Notes under the pieces: generated by a model
The model's database searches: none
What the model was told of the DNA's origin: nothing
What the model saw: only the letters and a program-made list of their open reading frames with translations
Program-made: the position numbers and the translations under genes
Part shown: positions 49,885 through 60,123 of the stretch, one piece after another
Layout of the letters: each line of letters begins with the position of its first letter
Position numbering within the stretch: the first letter of the stretch is position 1
Assembly (NCBI GenBank): GCA_963786105.1
Contig: CAWAXX010000017.1
Location: forward strand, 96,001-160,000
Length of the DNA stretch: 64,000 bases
From: Vulcanimicrobiota bacterium
GTDB lineage: Bacteria; Vulcanimicrobiota; Vulcanimicrobiia; Vulcanimicrobiales; Vulcanimicrobiaceae
Direction: 5' to 3'

Positions 49885-49890
49885 CCAAAG

Positions 49891-50852
49891 ATGAAAGCGC
49901 TGCCATTGTTCGTAGCGGCGCTGCTTCCCCTCGGCGCAATCGCGCAAAGCTCGCAGCCGGGAGCGCCGGCGTCACCCGTGCCGGTAGCCTCACCGGCGGC
50001 CACGCCGGCGGCGGCCGAGTTCGATATCAGCAAACTGACGCCCGAGTAGCAGGCGGCCCTTCAGCAAGCCATCATTAAGATCTCGCAGAACCCGGTGGGC
50101 AATATCGCGATCGTCCCGTTTCAGAATAACTTTAACTACGGCGTGGGACCGTACACGCGGTACCAATACAACTTGAACGTTCAACCGGTCGTGCCGTTCA
50201 TGCTCAGCAAGAATATGAATCTGGTTGCGCGTACCATCATTCCGCTCATCGACAATCCGTCGTTCGCGCCGCCGCAGGTTTGTGCGTCGACCGGTTGCCC
50301 GTGGACGTTCGGCTTGGGCGACATCCAAGAGCAACTCTATTTTGCTCCGAAAGTAAAGCCCGGCGCGCTGATTTGGGGAGCGGGTCCAATATTTCAGTTT
50401 CCAAGCGCATCGCCGAGCACGCTCGGCGCGGGAAAGTGGGCGGTGGGACCGGCTTTTGCCGGGTTGATCATGCCGGGTCATATCGTCGCCGGCATGCTCG
50501 TCACGCAACTCTGGTCCTTTGCCGGTCAGGCGAATCGTCCCAACGTCAACGCCGCGCTCTTTCAGCCGTTCTTCAACTATAATTTGAAAGGCGGCTGGGC
50601 CATTTCGACCGCACCGATCGTCACGGCGAACTGGACCGCGTCGCAGAATAAGTGGGGGCGGTTCCTCTTGGCGGCGGAGTCGCCCGGACGTTTAAGGTCG
50701 GCGATCAGCTGATGCAGCTAAGCGCGTTATACTACACGTACGTAACGCGTCCGATTACCAATCCTCAAACGAACTTGAAAGTCGTATGGAGTCTGTTGTA
50801 TCCGATAAAGCGCGGCATCGACATACAGGAGCTCGTCAAGCAGAACCAGTAG
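49891..50852 (+). pseudogene. Outer-membrane protein ('neuromedin U'-annotated type) with internal TAG and frameshift
   Basis: SQNPVGN, LNVQPVVP, GLGD, QPFFNYN; TAG at 50047-50049; frameshift at G5 50654-50658. Confidence 0.75.
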
Positions 50853-50869
50853 CCGATCCACCAGTCCGA

Positions 50870-52144
50870 TCACCCATCCACATAAGAAATTGGCGCCGGC
50901 TCTGGAATCTGCAGGACGACGTCGTCGCTGCGCGTGGTGACGCGCCAGGCTAGAACGAACGCGCCGGCATACATGAGTGCGGCGAGATACCAGGGCGCTC
51001 CCGGAAGTCCGAACGATCGCCACGGACCGATGAATTGCGCGAAGACGACCGTGAAGAGACCCGGGCCGACGAGCATCGAAATGCCGCGAATCGAGCCAAG
51101 GGCTCCTTGAAGCTCGCCTTGTTCCGACGCGCTGACGTGGCGCGTCATCAACGCCTGCGAGGTGGCATTGTACATCGGCAGGCACACGATCACGAGGGCG
51201 ATCAGGAAGACGATTCCATTGGCTGCGCCCATCAGCGCGCAGCCGACGGTCGCCAGCACGAGGCTTGCCAGCAGAACGCGGCGCTCGCCGAACTTCGCGA
51301 CCACCGGACCGACCATGGTCGCTTGATTGACGGCGGTGAGAACGCCCATCAACGTCAACGTCAAGCCGACGCTGCCGGTGCTCCAGCCGAACACGGCGAT
51401 GCAAAAGATGACCCACACGTTGGGGAAAACCTCGTGCGCGACGTAGCTGACGAAGTTCATCCACGTCAGACCCCATAGCTCGTGGTGCGAACGCAGGAGC
51501 TTTAGCGAACCAATTGGATTTGCGCGCTTCCACTCTAGACGTGCCGTCCGCTTGTCCGGCGAGAGCGACTCGGGCAAGACGAAGATGCCGTACAGCGTAT
51601 TGATCAAGCTGCAAAGCGCCGCCGCCCAGAACGTCAACCGCGGATCGATATTGCCGACGAGCCCGCCGATTGCCGGGCCGAGAATGAAGCCCAATCCGAA
51701 CGCGCTGCCGAGTACGCCGAAGGCCTTCGCGCGCTTTTCGGGCGGCGTCACGTCGGCAATGTAGGCACTGGCCGCAGTCATGTTCGCCGTCGCGATGCCG
51801 GAAAGCACCCGGCCGGCGAATAGCCACATCAAGTTCGGTGCCAACGCCATGATGACGTAGTCGATCGCGGTCACGGCGTTCGAAAGAAGAATGACCGGCC
51901 GCCGTCCGACGCGATCGGAGATCATGCCCAACAGCGGCGACATAAAGAACTGCATTGCCGCCCACACGGTCGCAAAGATGCCGATCGTGAGCGCGGCGTT
52001 GGCCATATTTCCGCCGACGAAGCTCGCGATGAGTTTCGGCAGCACCGGTCCGATCATGCCGAAGGTCAGCATGTCGAGCATGACCGTGACGAAAATAAAC
52101 GACGTCGCCGCGGTTCGGCGCGACGAGAAATCAAGCGGTTTCAT
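50870..52144 (-). CDS. TetA-like (TCR/Tet) MFS efflux transporter
   Basis: SDRVGRRP, GRVLSG, AYIADVT, GFILGPAIGG, LPESL, QGELQG. Confidence 0.92.
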   Translation of the reverse strand: MKPLDFSSRRTAATSFIFVTVMLDMLTFGMIGPVLPKLIASFVGGNMANAALTIGIFATVWAAMQFFMSPLLGMISDRVGRRPVILLSNAVTAIDYVIMALAPNLMWLFAGRVLSGIATANMTAASAYIADVTPPEKRAKAFGVLGSAFGLGFILGPAIGGLVGNIDPRLTFWAAALCSLINTLYGIFVLPESLSPDKRTARLEWKRANPIGSLKLLRSHHELWGLTWMNFVSYVAHEVFPNVWVIFCIAVFGWSTGSVGLTLTLMGVLTAVNQATMVGPVVAKFGERRVLLASLVLATVGCALMGAANGIVFLIALVIVCLPMYNATSQALMTRHVSASEQGELQGALGSIRGISMLVGPGLFTVVFAQFIGPWRSFGLPGAPWYLAALMYAGAFVLAWRVTTRSDDVVLQIPEPAPISYVDG

Positions 52145-52733
52145 CGGCGGGTTCTTTCGTGGACGAAGCGTAGTCGAGCATCGAGAGCCAGAGATCGACC
52201 GCACGGTCGATGCGCGCGCGATCGTGGGTCGCGCACAGGTCGAGCAGAAATCCGCGGAAGCCGGCGATCATCACGGTTGCAAAAGCACGCGCGTCGTCGT
52301 GAGAGAAGCCCGGGCGGCGACAGCACGTTTCGAGTGCCGCCAGCCAGTCGTCGACGGCGCCGTCGAGGAATCCGGGAAAGCGCGAGCGATCTTGCAGCGC
52401 GAGGCCGTAGACTTCGAAGAAGAGCCGCATGAGCGGTTCCCAGCGCGGCTCGCTGAACTGCCGCCAGAGTATTCGGGTGACCTCGCGGGGGCTCAGCGAA
52501 GATGTGAGCTTGAGGTTGGCCATCGTCGCGCGTTGGCGTTCCCTCCCGCGCCGGATGATCTCGACCACGAGCGCTTCCTTCGAGCCGAAGTAGTACAGCA
52601 GAAGCCGAGGACTCGCACCGGTGGCCTTAGCCAGCGGCCGCAGCGAAAGCTGGGCCAGACCCTGCGCGAGGACGTAGTCTACGGCCCGGTCGAGCAAGCT
52701 GATCCGCCGAGCATCGTCGGCAGTCCGAGACAT
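52131..52733 (-). CDS. TetR/AcrR-family regulator
   Basis: LSLRPLAKATGASPRLLLYYFGSKEAL HTH. Confidence 0.92.
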   Translation of the reverse strand: MSRTADDARRISLLDRAVDYVLAQGLAQLSLRPLAKATGASPRLLLYYFGSKEALVVEIIRRGRERQRATMANLKLTSSLSPREVTRILWRQFSEPRWEPLMRLFFEVYGLALQDRSRFPGFLDGAVDDWLAALETCCRRPGFSHDDARAFATVMIAGFRGFLLDLCATHDRARIDRAVDLWLSMLDYASSTKEPADETA

Positions 52734-52744
52734 GCGCCTAGCCT

Positions 52745-52776
52745 AGCATACTTGAAACGACTGTTTCAAGTATGCT
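52745..52776. promoter_or_regulatory. Perfect 14-bp inverted repeat, probable TetR operator
   Basis: AGCATACTTGAAAC-GACT-GTTTCAAGTATGCT, 11 bp upstream of the tetR ATG. Confidence 0.8.
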
Positions 52777-52805
52777 GCCGGACGCTTTTGGCGAATACAG
52801 GACCG

Positions 52806-53348
52806 GTGATCTACGTGGCGTTTCTCCGCGCCGTGAACGTGGGCGGAATCTCGGTGGCGATGGGCGATCTGCGGGCGTTGATGGCTGAAGTCGGGTTCCC
52901 AGACACGCGCACGCTGCTCCAGAGCGGCAACGTCATTTTCAAAGCCTCGCGGCGCGCGATCCGGCAACTGGAGCCGGCGATAGAATCAGCGTGCGCGGAC
53001 CGTCTCGGCTTGCGAACGACCGTAATGGTGCGCAGCGCCGGCGACCTTGCCGAAATCGTGTCTGGCAATCCGTTTCCGAGCGAGGCCGTGCACGATCCCG
53101 CGCATCTGCTTGCCGTCCTATTGAAGGAAGCTCCCGAGACGGCGAGCGTCCGCACCTTATCGGACGCGATCGCGGGGCGTGAACGCGTCGCCCTGCGAGG
53201 TCGTACCCTATACGCCGTATATCCCGACGGCGTCGGACGCTCAAAACTGACGGCCGCCCTGATCGATCGAACGCTCGCGACGAAGGGCACCGCGCGCAAC
53301 TGGAATACCATTTCGAAACTCGAGGCGGCCTGCCGCGCTATGGCTTGA
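52806..53348 (+). CDS. DUF1697-family protein
   Basis: YVAFLRAVNVGG, LQSGNV, TARNWNT. Confidence 0.9.
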   Translation: MIYVAFLRAVNVGGISVAMGDLRALMAEVGFPDTRTLLQSGNVIFKASRRAIRQLEPAIESACADRLGLRTTVMVRSAGDLAEIVSGNPFPSEAVHDPAHLLAVLLKEAPETASVRTLSDAIAGRERVALRGRTLYAVYPDGVGRSKLTAALIDRTLATKGTARNWNTISKLEAACRAMA

Positions 53349-53457
53349 CATCTGTCAGCCGAACGTACTTGAATCCCGATCCGTTGATGCCGCCAGCGCA
53401 ATGAGGCAGTAATTCGATGGCTGTGGGCACTTACTGAGCGCGGTTGTGGCATTTCGT

Positions 53458-53487
53458 CTTGACATTTGTCAAGGTGCGACCTACGCT
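53458..53487 (+). promoter_or_regulatory. Promoter with overlapping palindromic operator
   Basis: CTTGACA-TT-TGTCAAG contains -35 TTGACA; 17 nt; -10 TACGCT (53482-53487); second TGACA-N2-TGTCA copy at 53346-53357. Confidence 0.75.
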
Positions 53488-53493
53488 CGGACG

Positions 53494-54906
53494 GTGGAAA
53501 CCTTCGCCGTTCGTCTCGAGACCGCCATGGACGCGGCTAGTCTCTCGGCCGCCGAGTTGGCGGCCAGTGCCGGACTGACGGAATCGGCCATCTCGTTGCT
53601 GCGCTCCGGCCGGCGCGAGCCGTCGTATCGAACGCTGCAGCGACTTGCGCAAGTGTTACCCGGTCTTGGTGCGCAGGTCGGCGAAGCACTGAGTCCGTTC
53701 GATTCGATTGAAGGCGCCATCGAAGACGTACGCGCGGGCAAAATGGTGGTCGTCCTCGACGACGAGGATCGCGAGAACGAAGGCGACCTGGTCATGGCGG
53801 CGCAGACCGTCACCGCCGACGCGATCAACTTCATGCGCAAGGAAGCCGGGGGCCTAATCTGCGTGCCATTGCCGGGCCGCCGGCTCGACGAGCTGCAGAT
53901 TCCGCAGATGGTGAGCGATAACACAGCGGTACACGAAACGGCCTTCACCGTTTCGGTGGAAGCGCGCGGGCTGACGACCACGGGCATTTCCGCGCACGAT
54001 CGGGCTGCAACCATCAAGAAACTGCTCGATCCCGATGCGCGACCGTCGGATTTTTTGCGTCCCGGGCATACGTTTCCATTACGCGCGCGGGATGGCGGCG
54101 TGCTGGTGCGCGCCGGCCAGACCGAGGCGTCCGTAGATCTCGCTCGGCTAGCGGGGCTCTATCCGGCCGGGGTGATTTGCGAAATCATGGCCGCCGACGG
54201 GACCATGGAGCGCTTCGACGGATTGCGAGCCTACGCCGATCGCCACGGGCTAAAACTCATTACCGTCAAGGATTTGATTGCGTATCGTATGCGCAACGAG
54301 AAGCTGGTGAAGCGAGTTGCCGAATTTGACTTACCGACGACGAAGGGTAACTGGAGAGGAGCCGCTTACGAGACGACGATCGACGCGAACACGCACGTCG
54401 CGCTGGTAATGGGCGAGATCGGCGACGGCAAGGACCTCCCGGTGCGAGTGCATTCCGAGTGTCTCACCGGCGACGCGCTTCACTCTATTCGCTGCGATTG
54501 CGCGGCGCAACGCGACGGCGCGATGGAACTGATTGCGAAAGAAGGGCGCGGCGTCTTCCTCTATCTCCGTCAGGAAGGCCGCGGAATCGGGTTGGCCAAC
54601 AAGTTGCGCGCGTACGAGCTCCAAGACCGCGGCGCCGATACGGTTGAGGCGAACGTCGCACTCGGGCTTCCGGTGGATAAGCGCGATTACGGAATCGGCT
54701 CGCAAATCTTGGTGGATCTCGGCGTGCGCGAGATGCGGTTGATCACGAACAATCCTCGCAAAATCTTCGGGCTCGAGGGCTACGGCCTGAAGATCGTCGG
54801 GCGCATGCCGATGCAAACCACGCCGACGCGCTACAACCGGCACTATATGGACACCAAGCGTGCCAAGCTCGGCCATATGTTCGACGATTCGGAGGCGGTA
54901 TCGTGA
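53494..54906 (+). CDS. ribBA: XRE-type HTH fused to bifunctional DHBP synthase/GTP cyclohydrolase II
   Basis: N-terminal LSAAELAASAGLTESAISLLRSGRREPS HTH; DEDRENEGD; RVHSECLTGD, CDC, TNNP; GTG start inferred. Confidence 0.93.
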   Translation: METFAVRLETAMDAASLSAAELAASAGLTESAISLLRSGRREPSYRTLQRLAQVLPGLGAQVGEALSPFDSIEGAIEDVRAGKMVVVLDDEDRENEGDLVMAAQTVTADAINFMRKEAGGLICVPLPGRRLDELQIPQMVSDNTAVHETAFTVSVEARGLTTTGISAHDRAATIKKLLDPDARPSDFLRPGHTFPLRARDGGVLVRAGQTEASVDLARLAGLYPAGVICEIMAADGTMERFDGLRAYADRHGLKLITVKDLIAYRMRNEKLVKRVAEFDLPTTKGNWRGAAYETTIDANTHVALVMGEIGDGKDLPVRVHSECLTGDALHSIRCDCAAQRDGAMELIAKEGRGVFLYLRQEGRGIGLANKLRAYELQDRGADTVEANVALGLPVDKRDYGIGSQILVDLGVREMRLITNNPRKIFGLEGYGLKIVGRMPMQTTPTRYNRHYMDTKRAKLGHMFDDSEAVS

Positions 54907-55406
54907 AGAAGGGCGGCAACGGCCAGACCGGCCGGGACGAAAGGACGCCCGACTGCGCGGGCAGGCGTTTTGCACTCGTCGTCGCGCGATTTTATCCCGA
55001 GCTGGCCGACCAGCTCGTCGATGGTGCGAAACGCGCTTTGCGCGATTGCGGCGTTGCCGAGGGCGACATCGACGTATTCGACGTTCCCGGCTGCTTCGAG
55101 CTTCCGCTGGCCTGCCAAAACGTATTCGATACAGGACGCTACCACGGACTGGTCGCACTCGGCTCGGTCGTGCGCGGTGAAACCCCGCATTTCCATTTCG
55201 TCGCCGGAGAGTGCGCGCGCGGCCTCATGGACGTGCAGCTGGCGACAGGCGCGCCGATCGGCTTCGGCGTGCTGACCACGGACACATTCGCCCAAGCGGA
55301 AGAGCGCGCCGATCCCGAGCGCGGCGACAAGGGATACCATGCGGCCATCGCCGCCGCCACGCTGTTGCGGCTCGCGGCCAACGCGCCGCGAGCCGGGTTT
55401 CGCTGA
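54903..55406 (+). CDS. ribH: 6,7-dimethyl-8-ribityllumazine synthase
   Basis: [26 protein letters not shown]. Confidence 0.95.
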   Translation: MKKGGNGQTGRDERTPDCAGRRFALVVARFYPELADQLVDGAKRALRDCGVAEGDIDVFDVPGCFELPLACQNVFDTGRYHGLVALGSVVRGETPHFHFVAGECARGLMDVQLATGAPIGFGVLTTDTFAQAEERADPERGDKGYHAAIAAATLLRLAANAPRAGFR

Positions 55407-55407
55407 C

Positions 55408-56892
55408 GTGCGGGTATCACCGGGCGTAGTAAGAGCGGTCTGGATTGCGCTCGTTCTCTCACCGCTCGTCGTCAGCTGCCGCGGCGCCGGTCCGACGCCC
55501 GGCGTGGTGCCGCCGGCTGCGTTGGCGAACGCGCCGCGAGAGCAATCGTTTCGCGCCGTGCCTGCTTCAGGTTTCGGAAACGGAAAGATCAAACACGTCG
55601 TGATCGTGATGCAAGAGAACCGGTCGTTCGACAATCTCTTTAATGGATTTCCGGGAGCCGATACCGTGGACTACGGCTACGGTCACGGCAAGAAGTACGT
55701 CCTGAAGACCTTCAGCCTCGCCAATGGTTGGGACATCAATCATACGCACCTCCAGTTCTTGGAAGATTACGACGGCGGCAAAAACGACGGATTCGACCGG
55801 GAGATTAACGGATTCAAGCCGTCGTGCCCGTTTCCGAGGAATCATCCGTCCTGCTGGCAGTTCTGGGGACCACCGCATCTGTCGACGGCGTTTTCTTTCG
55901 TTCCACGCTCCGAGATCGGACCGTATTGGACGATGGCGGCGCAGTACGCGTTGAGCGATCGCACCTTCGCGTCGAACAACGGTCCGAGCTACACCTCGCA
56001 CCAGTACATGATTGCCGGGCAGGCGGCTCACGTTAATGAAAATCCGTTCTTCCCCACGCCGACGCCGCCACCGCCGAACCCATGGGGATGCGACGCGCCG
56101 TCCAGCCAGACGACGTACCTGCTGCGATACGGCTCGTCTAAGCCACCGGCGTTTTCGAAGCAGACCGGAATAGAAGTGCTCGGTCCGTACCCGTGCTTCA
56201 CCTACGAAACGATTGCCGGCCGACTCGACAAGGCCGGGATTACGTGGGCATACTACGCGCCGACCGTCGGCGGGATCAACCAAGGACAAATCTGGTCGGC
56301 GTTCGACGCGATCTGGCAGGTGCGCTTCGGGAAGGACTGGGTGCGGAACGTGAAATCGCCCGAAACGACGATTTTCAACGATATCGCGCAAAGGAATTTG
56401 CCCGCGGTGTCGTGGGTCGTGCCGTCCTGGATCAACTCCGACCACGCCGGCTCGCTCAGCGCGACCGGACCGGATTGGGTGGGCTCGATCGTCAACGCCA
56501 TCGGCGAAAGCCCGTATTGGAACTCGACCGCAATCGTGGTGATGTGGGACGACTGGGGAGGATGGTACGACCACGTCGCGCCCCCGCAGTATCCCGACCC
56601 GCACACGCACGCGTTCGAAGGGCTGGGGTTCCGCGTTCCCGCAATCGTCATTTCACCCTACGCCAAAGCCGGTTACGTGTCGCACGCTCAACATGAAATT
56701 GCCGGCTCGCTCCATTTGATCGAAGCGGTATTCGGACTGCATTCGCTGGGCGGTGCCGATACGCGTGCCGATGCGTTCGGGGACATGTTCGATTTCTCGC
56801 AGGCCCCGATACCGTTCCGCAAGATTCCAACACGATTTCACGCGAGCGACTTCGTCCGACAAACTCCCTCGAGGGAGCCTCCGGACGACTAA
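55408..56892 (+). CDS. Phospholipase C/phosphoesterase-family lipoprotein
   Basis: [35 protein letters not shown]. Confidence 0.9.
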   Translation: MRVSPGVVRAVWIALVLSPLVVSCRGAGPTPGVVPPAALANAPREQSFRAVPASGFGNGKIKHVVIVMQENRSFDNLFNGFPGADTVDYGYGHGKKYVLKTFSLANGWDINHTHLQFLEDYDGGKNDGFDREINGFKPSCPFPRNHPSCWQFWGPPHLSTAFSFVPRSEIGPYWTMAAQYALSDRTFASNNGPSYTSHQYMIAGQAAHVNENPFFPTPTPPPPNPWGCDAPSSQTTYLLRYGSSKPPAFSKQTGIEVLGPYPCFTYETIAGRLDKAGITWAYYAPTVGGINQGQIWSAFDAIWQVRFGKDWVRNVKSPETTIFNDIAQRNLPAVSWVVPSWINSDHAGSLSATGPDWVGSIVNAIGESPYWNSTAIVVMWDDWGGWYDHVAPPQYPDPHTHAFEGLGFRVPAIVISPYAKAGYVSHAQHEIAGSLHLIEAVFGLHSLGGADTRADAFGDMFDFSQAPIPFRKIPTRFHASDFVRQTPSREPPDD

Positions 56893-57005
56893 CGGAGGGG
56901 ACGAAGATGACGGCGGCGCCCCAGCAGGCAGCCGGAGGAACTCCCCAACGCGGGTCGCATTAAGGCCGCTTAGCCTTGAGGCTGCACGCGTTGGAGATTC
57001 GACCA

Positions 57006-57299
57006 TTGGAAGACAAGATGCTCACCTGCAAGGACTGCACCACGCAGTTCGTCTTCTCGGCGAGAGAGCAACAGTTTTTTGCCGAAAAGGGATTTCAGAA
57101 TCAGCCGCTGCGCTGCCGCGATTGCCGGCAGGCTCGGCGCACTCAGGGCGGCGGCGACCCGCAGCGACCCGGCCGGCCGAGCTACGAGGCCGTGTGCGCG
57201 GCGTGCGGAGTCGAAACGACGGTGCCGTTCCGTCCGCGGGGCGACCGGCCCGTGTATTGCCGTACGTGCTTTTCAGCGCAGGTTCCGGCAGGGGTGTGA
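57006..57299 (+). CDS. Zinc-ribbon / CxxC-x17-CxxC protein
   Basis: EDKMLTCKDC...F..KGF.N.P.RC..C and CAAC...VPFRP..RPVYC..CF. Confidence 0.9.
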   Translation: MEDKMLTCKDCTTQFVFSAREQQFFAEKGFQNQPLRCRDCRQARRTQGGGDPQRPGRPSYEAVCAACGVETTVPFRPRGDRPVYCRTCFSAQVPAGV

Positions 57300-57345
57300 A
57301 CCCGCGAGCCTCGCGCGAACTCTTTTGTAACCCAGCGCGTCCGCG

Positions 57346-58131
57346 ATGACGGACCTCATTTATCAGTCGAACCCGTGGGTGTTTCCCGCACTGGTATTCG
57401 TCTCGCTGGCGGCGGCGATCGAGTTGCCGTACCGTTTGGGGCGTCCGTTTGCTACGAAATTGACGAAGCAGTTCGATGCGTTCAACTCGATACAAGCCGG
57501 CCTCTTCACCCTCGCCTCTTTCGTCTTGGGGCTCTCGTTCGCGCAAGCGTCGGCGCGTTTCGATACCCGTCGCGACCTGGTCGTCAAAGAAGCCAACGTC
57601 ATCGGAACGACGTGGCTGCGCGCCGATCAACTCGACCCCGTGCGGGCGAGGCGGTTTCGCCGAATACTTACCGACTATACCGCTGCCAGGCTGAAGGCCT
57701 ACTCGACACCCCACGACCAAGCTCTCCATGCTAGGACGCTCCTCCAGAGCAGCGAAGATCAAGACGCGGTGTGGGCGATTGCTTCGTCGGCACTTCACGC
57801 CAACCAAAGCAAGATCGGGTTATCGCTGCTGATGCAGACGCTCAACGATACGATCGACGTTTCCGCCGAACAGCTCCAGGCGCTCACCACCCACGTTCCG
57901 ACGATCGTGGTCGAACTTACGGTGGCTTTAGTGTTGCTCGGAGCGTTGTCGCTCGGACTTCGCTTCGCGATCGACGGAGCTCGGCCGATGTTCTTGAGCG
58001 CGATTTACGTCGTCGCCTACGTATTCGTCATCGGCATGATGGTCGACTACGACCGTCCACAAACGGGTTTCGTTACGGTGAATCTGAATCCGCTGACGTT
58101 GCAGCTTCAAACGATGCAGCGCGAGGAGTGA
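57346..58131 (+). CDS. DUF4239/bestrophin-like membrane protein
   Basis: RR.LVV.EAN.IGT.WLRA, DYDRP..G. Confidence 0.75.
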   Translation: MTDLIYQSNPWVFPALVFVSLAAAIELPYRLGRPFATKLTKQFDAFNSIQAGLFTLASFVLGLSFAQASARFDTRRDLVVKEANVIGTTWLRADQLDPVRARRFRRILTDYTAARLKAYSTPHDQALHARTLLQSSEDQDAVWAIASSALHANQSKIGLSLLMQTLNDTIDVSAEQLQALTTHVPTIVVELTVALVLLGALSLGLRFAIDGARPMFLSAIYVVAYVFVIGMMVDYDRPQTGFVTVNLNPLTLQLQTMQREE

Positions 58132-59135
58132 ATCCGCTCGAGGTCGTCGCCTGGGACGGCGATGCGATCGTGTATCTCGATCAGCGCCTGTTGCCGCACG
58201 AAGTGCGCTACGAACGGGCGCGCTCGGTCGAGGAGATCGAAAGCGCAATCGCCAGCTTAGCGGTGCGTGGCGCGCCGTGCATCGGCGTTTTCGGCGCGTA
58301 CGGCGTGGCATTGCTGCGGCAGTCGATTGCCGACGATGGGGCTTTCGAGCGCGCGGCCCAACGCGTGCGCGCCGCTCGGCCGACGGCCGTAAACCTCGCC
58401 TGGGCGGTCGACCGAGTGCTGGCCGCCGGCGACATGTTGGCCGAAGCGCAAGCGATCGCCGCGGAGCAAGTCCGCATCGACGCGGCGATCGCCGAGCACG
58501 GCCTCGATCTCATCGCGAAGGACGCCCGGATCATCACGCACTGCAATACCGGGCCGCTGGCGACCGCCGGCGGCGGAACGGCGCTCGGCGTCATCCTTGC
58601 CGCGCACCGGAGCGGCAAAAGCCCGCGCGTCTTCGTTGATGAGACGCGACCGCTGTTACAGGGCGCGCGGCTGAGCTACCTCGAGTTGCAGAATGCCGGG
58701 GTGGACGCGGTGCTTCAAAGCGACGCGGCCGCCGCTATCGCGATGCAGCGGCAAGGAATCGACCTGGCGATCGTCGGCGCCGACCGCATCGCGCGAAACG
58801 GCGACACCGCCAACAAGGTTGGTACGTACGGTCTGGCGATTCTGGCGGCGCACCACGGTATACCGTTCTACGTTGCGGCGCCGCGTTCGACGTTCGATTT
58901 CACGCTGAAAAGCGGTGAAGAGATTCCTATAGAGGAGCGCGCCGCTCGAGAGGTCACCGAGTTCGCCGGAAGGCGCGTCGCACCCGAAGGTGCGGTGGCG
59001 TATAATCCGGCGTTCGACGTGACGCCCGCGCATCTGATTACGGCCTTCGTCACCGAATTCGGCGTCGTGCGGCCGCCTTACGGCGAATCGATTTCCGACC
59101 TCGAGTTTCGTGAAATTCTACGACTTTCTCGATAA
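58128..59135 (+). CDS. mtnA: S-methyl-5-thioribose-1-phosphate isomerase
   Basis: LDQRLLP, VRGAP, RPTAVNL, THCNTG, ETRP, ANKVGT, NPAFDVT. Confidence 0.95.
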   Translation: MNPLEVVAWDGDAIVYLDQRLLPHEVRYERARSVEEIESAIASLAVRGAPCIGVFGAYGVALLRQSIADDGAFERAAQRVRAARPTAVNLAWAVDRVLAAGDMLAEAQAIAAEQVRIDAAIAEHGLDLIAKDARIITHCNTGPLATAGGGTALGVILAAHRSGKSPRVFVDETRPLLQGARLSYLELQNAGVDAVLQSDAAAAIAMQRQGIDLAIVGADRIARNGDTANKVGTYGLAILAAHHGIPFYVAAPRSTFDFTLKSGEEIPIEERAAREVTEFAGRRVAPEGAVAYNPAFDVTPAHLITAFVTEFGVVRPPYGESISDLEFREILRLSR

Positions 59136-60123
59136 AGAGCCGGCGATCGGCAGGCTGGTGATCGTCGAGGGAACCGAACGCGTTCTCGCCGACCGCGCGC
59201 TCGACGTCATTCTCGACCGGTTGCTGCCGCCGGACGTGCGCGACCTCAACGTGCAGCGTTTCGGGCCGGACGACGTTGATGACGCGGCCCGCGTGCGCGA
59301 GGCCGCCCAGGCGATGCCGTTTTTGGCCGAGCGTCGCGTCACCATCGTCGGCGACGCGCAGGCGTTGCGGGCCCAGCCGCGGCGCGATCTTTGGGCGGTG
59401 GCTCAAGCCGCGCCCGAGGGAAACACCTTGGTTATCGCCGATTTAATGTCGCCGCGCTCGGAGCGACCGCAAGCCTTTGGCGCACTGGCGGGGCGCGCCG
59501 CCTTGCGGATCGACACGACCGCCACCGACGACGTGCGCGAGCGATTCGTGGACGAGACGCTGGAACGCCTCGGCGCCAAGGCTGAGGCGCGCGTCGTCGA
59601 CGCGCTCGTGCGCAGCGGCGCCGATCTCGCGTCGGTACGTAACGACCTCGAAAAGCTGGCGTTGGAGGGAACGAAGATCGCGTTGCACGACTTAGAGCGA
59701 GAATCGTTATCGATAGAAGATCCTAAGGCCTACAAGTATGCCGGCGCACTTGTCGAGGGACGCATTGCGGCGGCGCTGGAAATTGCGCACGAATGCTTTG
59801 CCAGCGAGCCGCGGAATGCGGCGATTTCGCTGCTCTCGGCGCTTGCAACCGAATGCGGATATCTCTGGGAGTTAGCCCGGCCGGGCGGCTCGCTTCCAGC
59901 GCGCCTCCGCTGGCGCGAACGCGTGCTGCGGCCGGTCGCCCAGCGCGTCGGCGAACGGCGCGCGCGAATTGCCCACGAGCGCGCCGTGCGGGGCATCGAA
60001 GCGATCGTCACCGGCCGCGCCGGCAGCGATCCCGACGAGCATCGAACGCTGGTCGAGCGGATCAGCGTGGAACTGTCGGGCATCTCCTCACGTCCTAAGC
60101 AACCGGCACCCGCGAAGGGTTAG
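59110..60123 (+). CDS. holA: DNA polymerase III delta subunit (divergent)
   Basis: G.E, MPFLAERR, NDLEKL delta-family motifs. Confidence 0.75.
   Translation: MKFYDFLDKEPAIGRLVIVEGTERVLADRALDVILDRLLPPDVRDLNVQRFGPDDVDDAARVREAAQAMPFLAERRVTIVGDAQALRAQPRRDLWAVAQAAPEGNTLVIADLMSPRSERPQAFGALAGRAALRIDTTATDDVRERFVDETLERLGAKAEARVVDALVRSGADLASVRNDLEKLALEGTKIALHDLERESLSIEDPKAYKYAGALVEGRIAAALEIAHECFASEPRNAAISLLSALATECGYLWELARPGGSLPARLRWRERVLRPVAQRVGERRARIAHERAVRGIEAIVTGRAGSDPDEHRTLVERISVELSGISSRPKQPAPAKG

Noticed and set aside
50047..50049. In-frame TAG as pyrrolysine or recoding
   Set aside because: The same gene also has a frameshift, TAG ends many normal genes here, and no pyl genes are seen; a CAG-to-TAG change is simpler
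56893..57000. Riboswitch-like leader before the zinc-ribbon gene
   Set aside because: A CCAACGCG/CGCGTTGG stem exists but matches no riboswitch consensus I recognise
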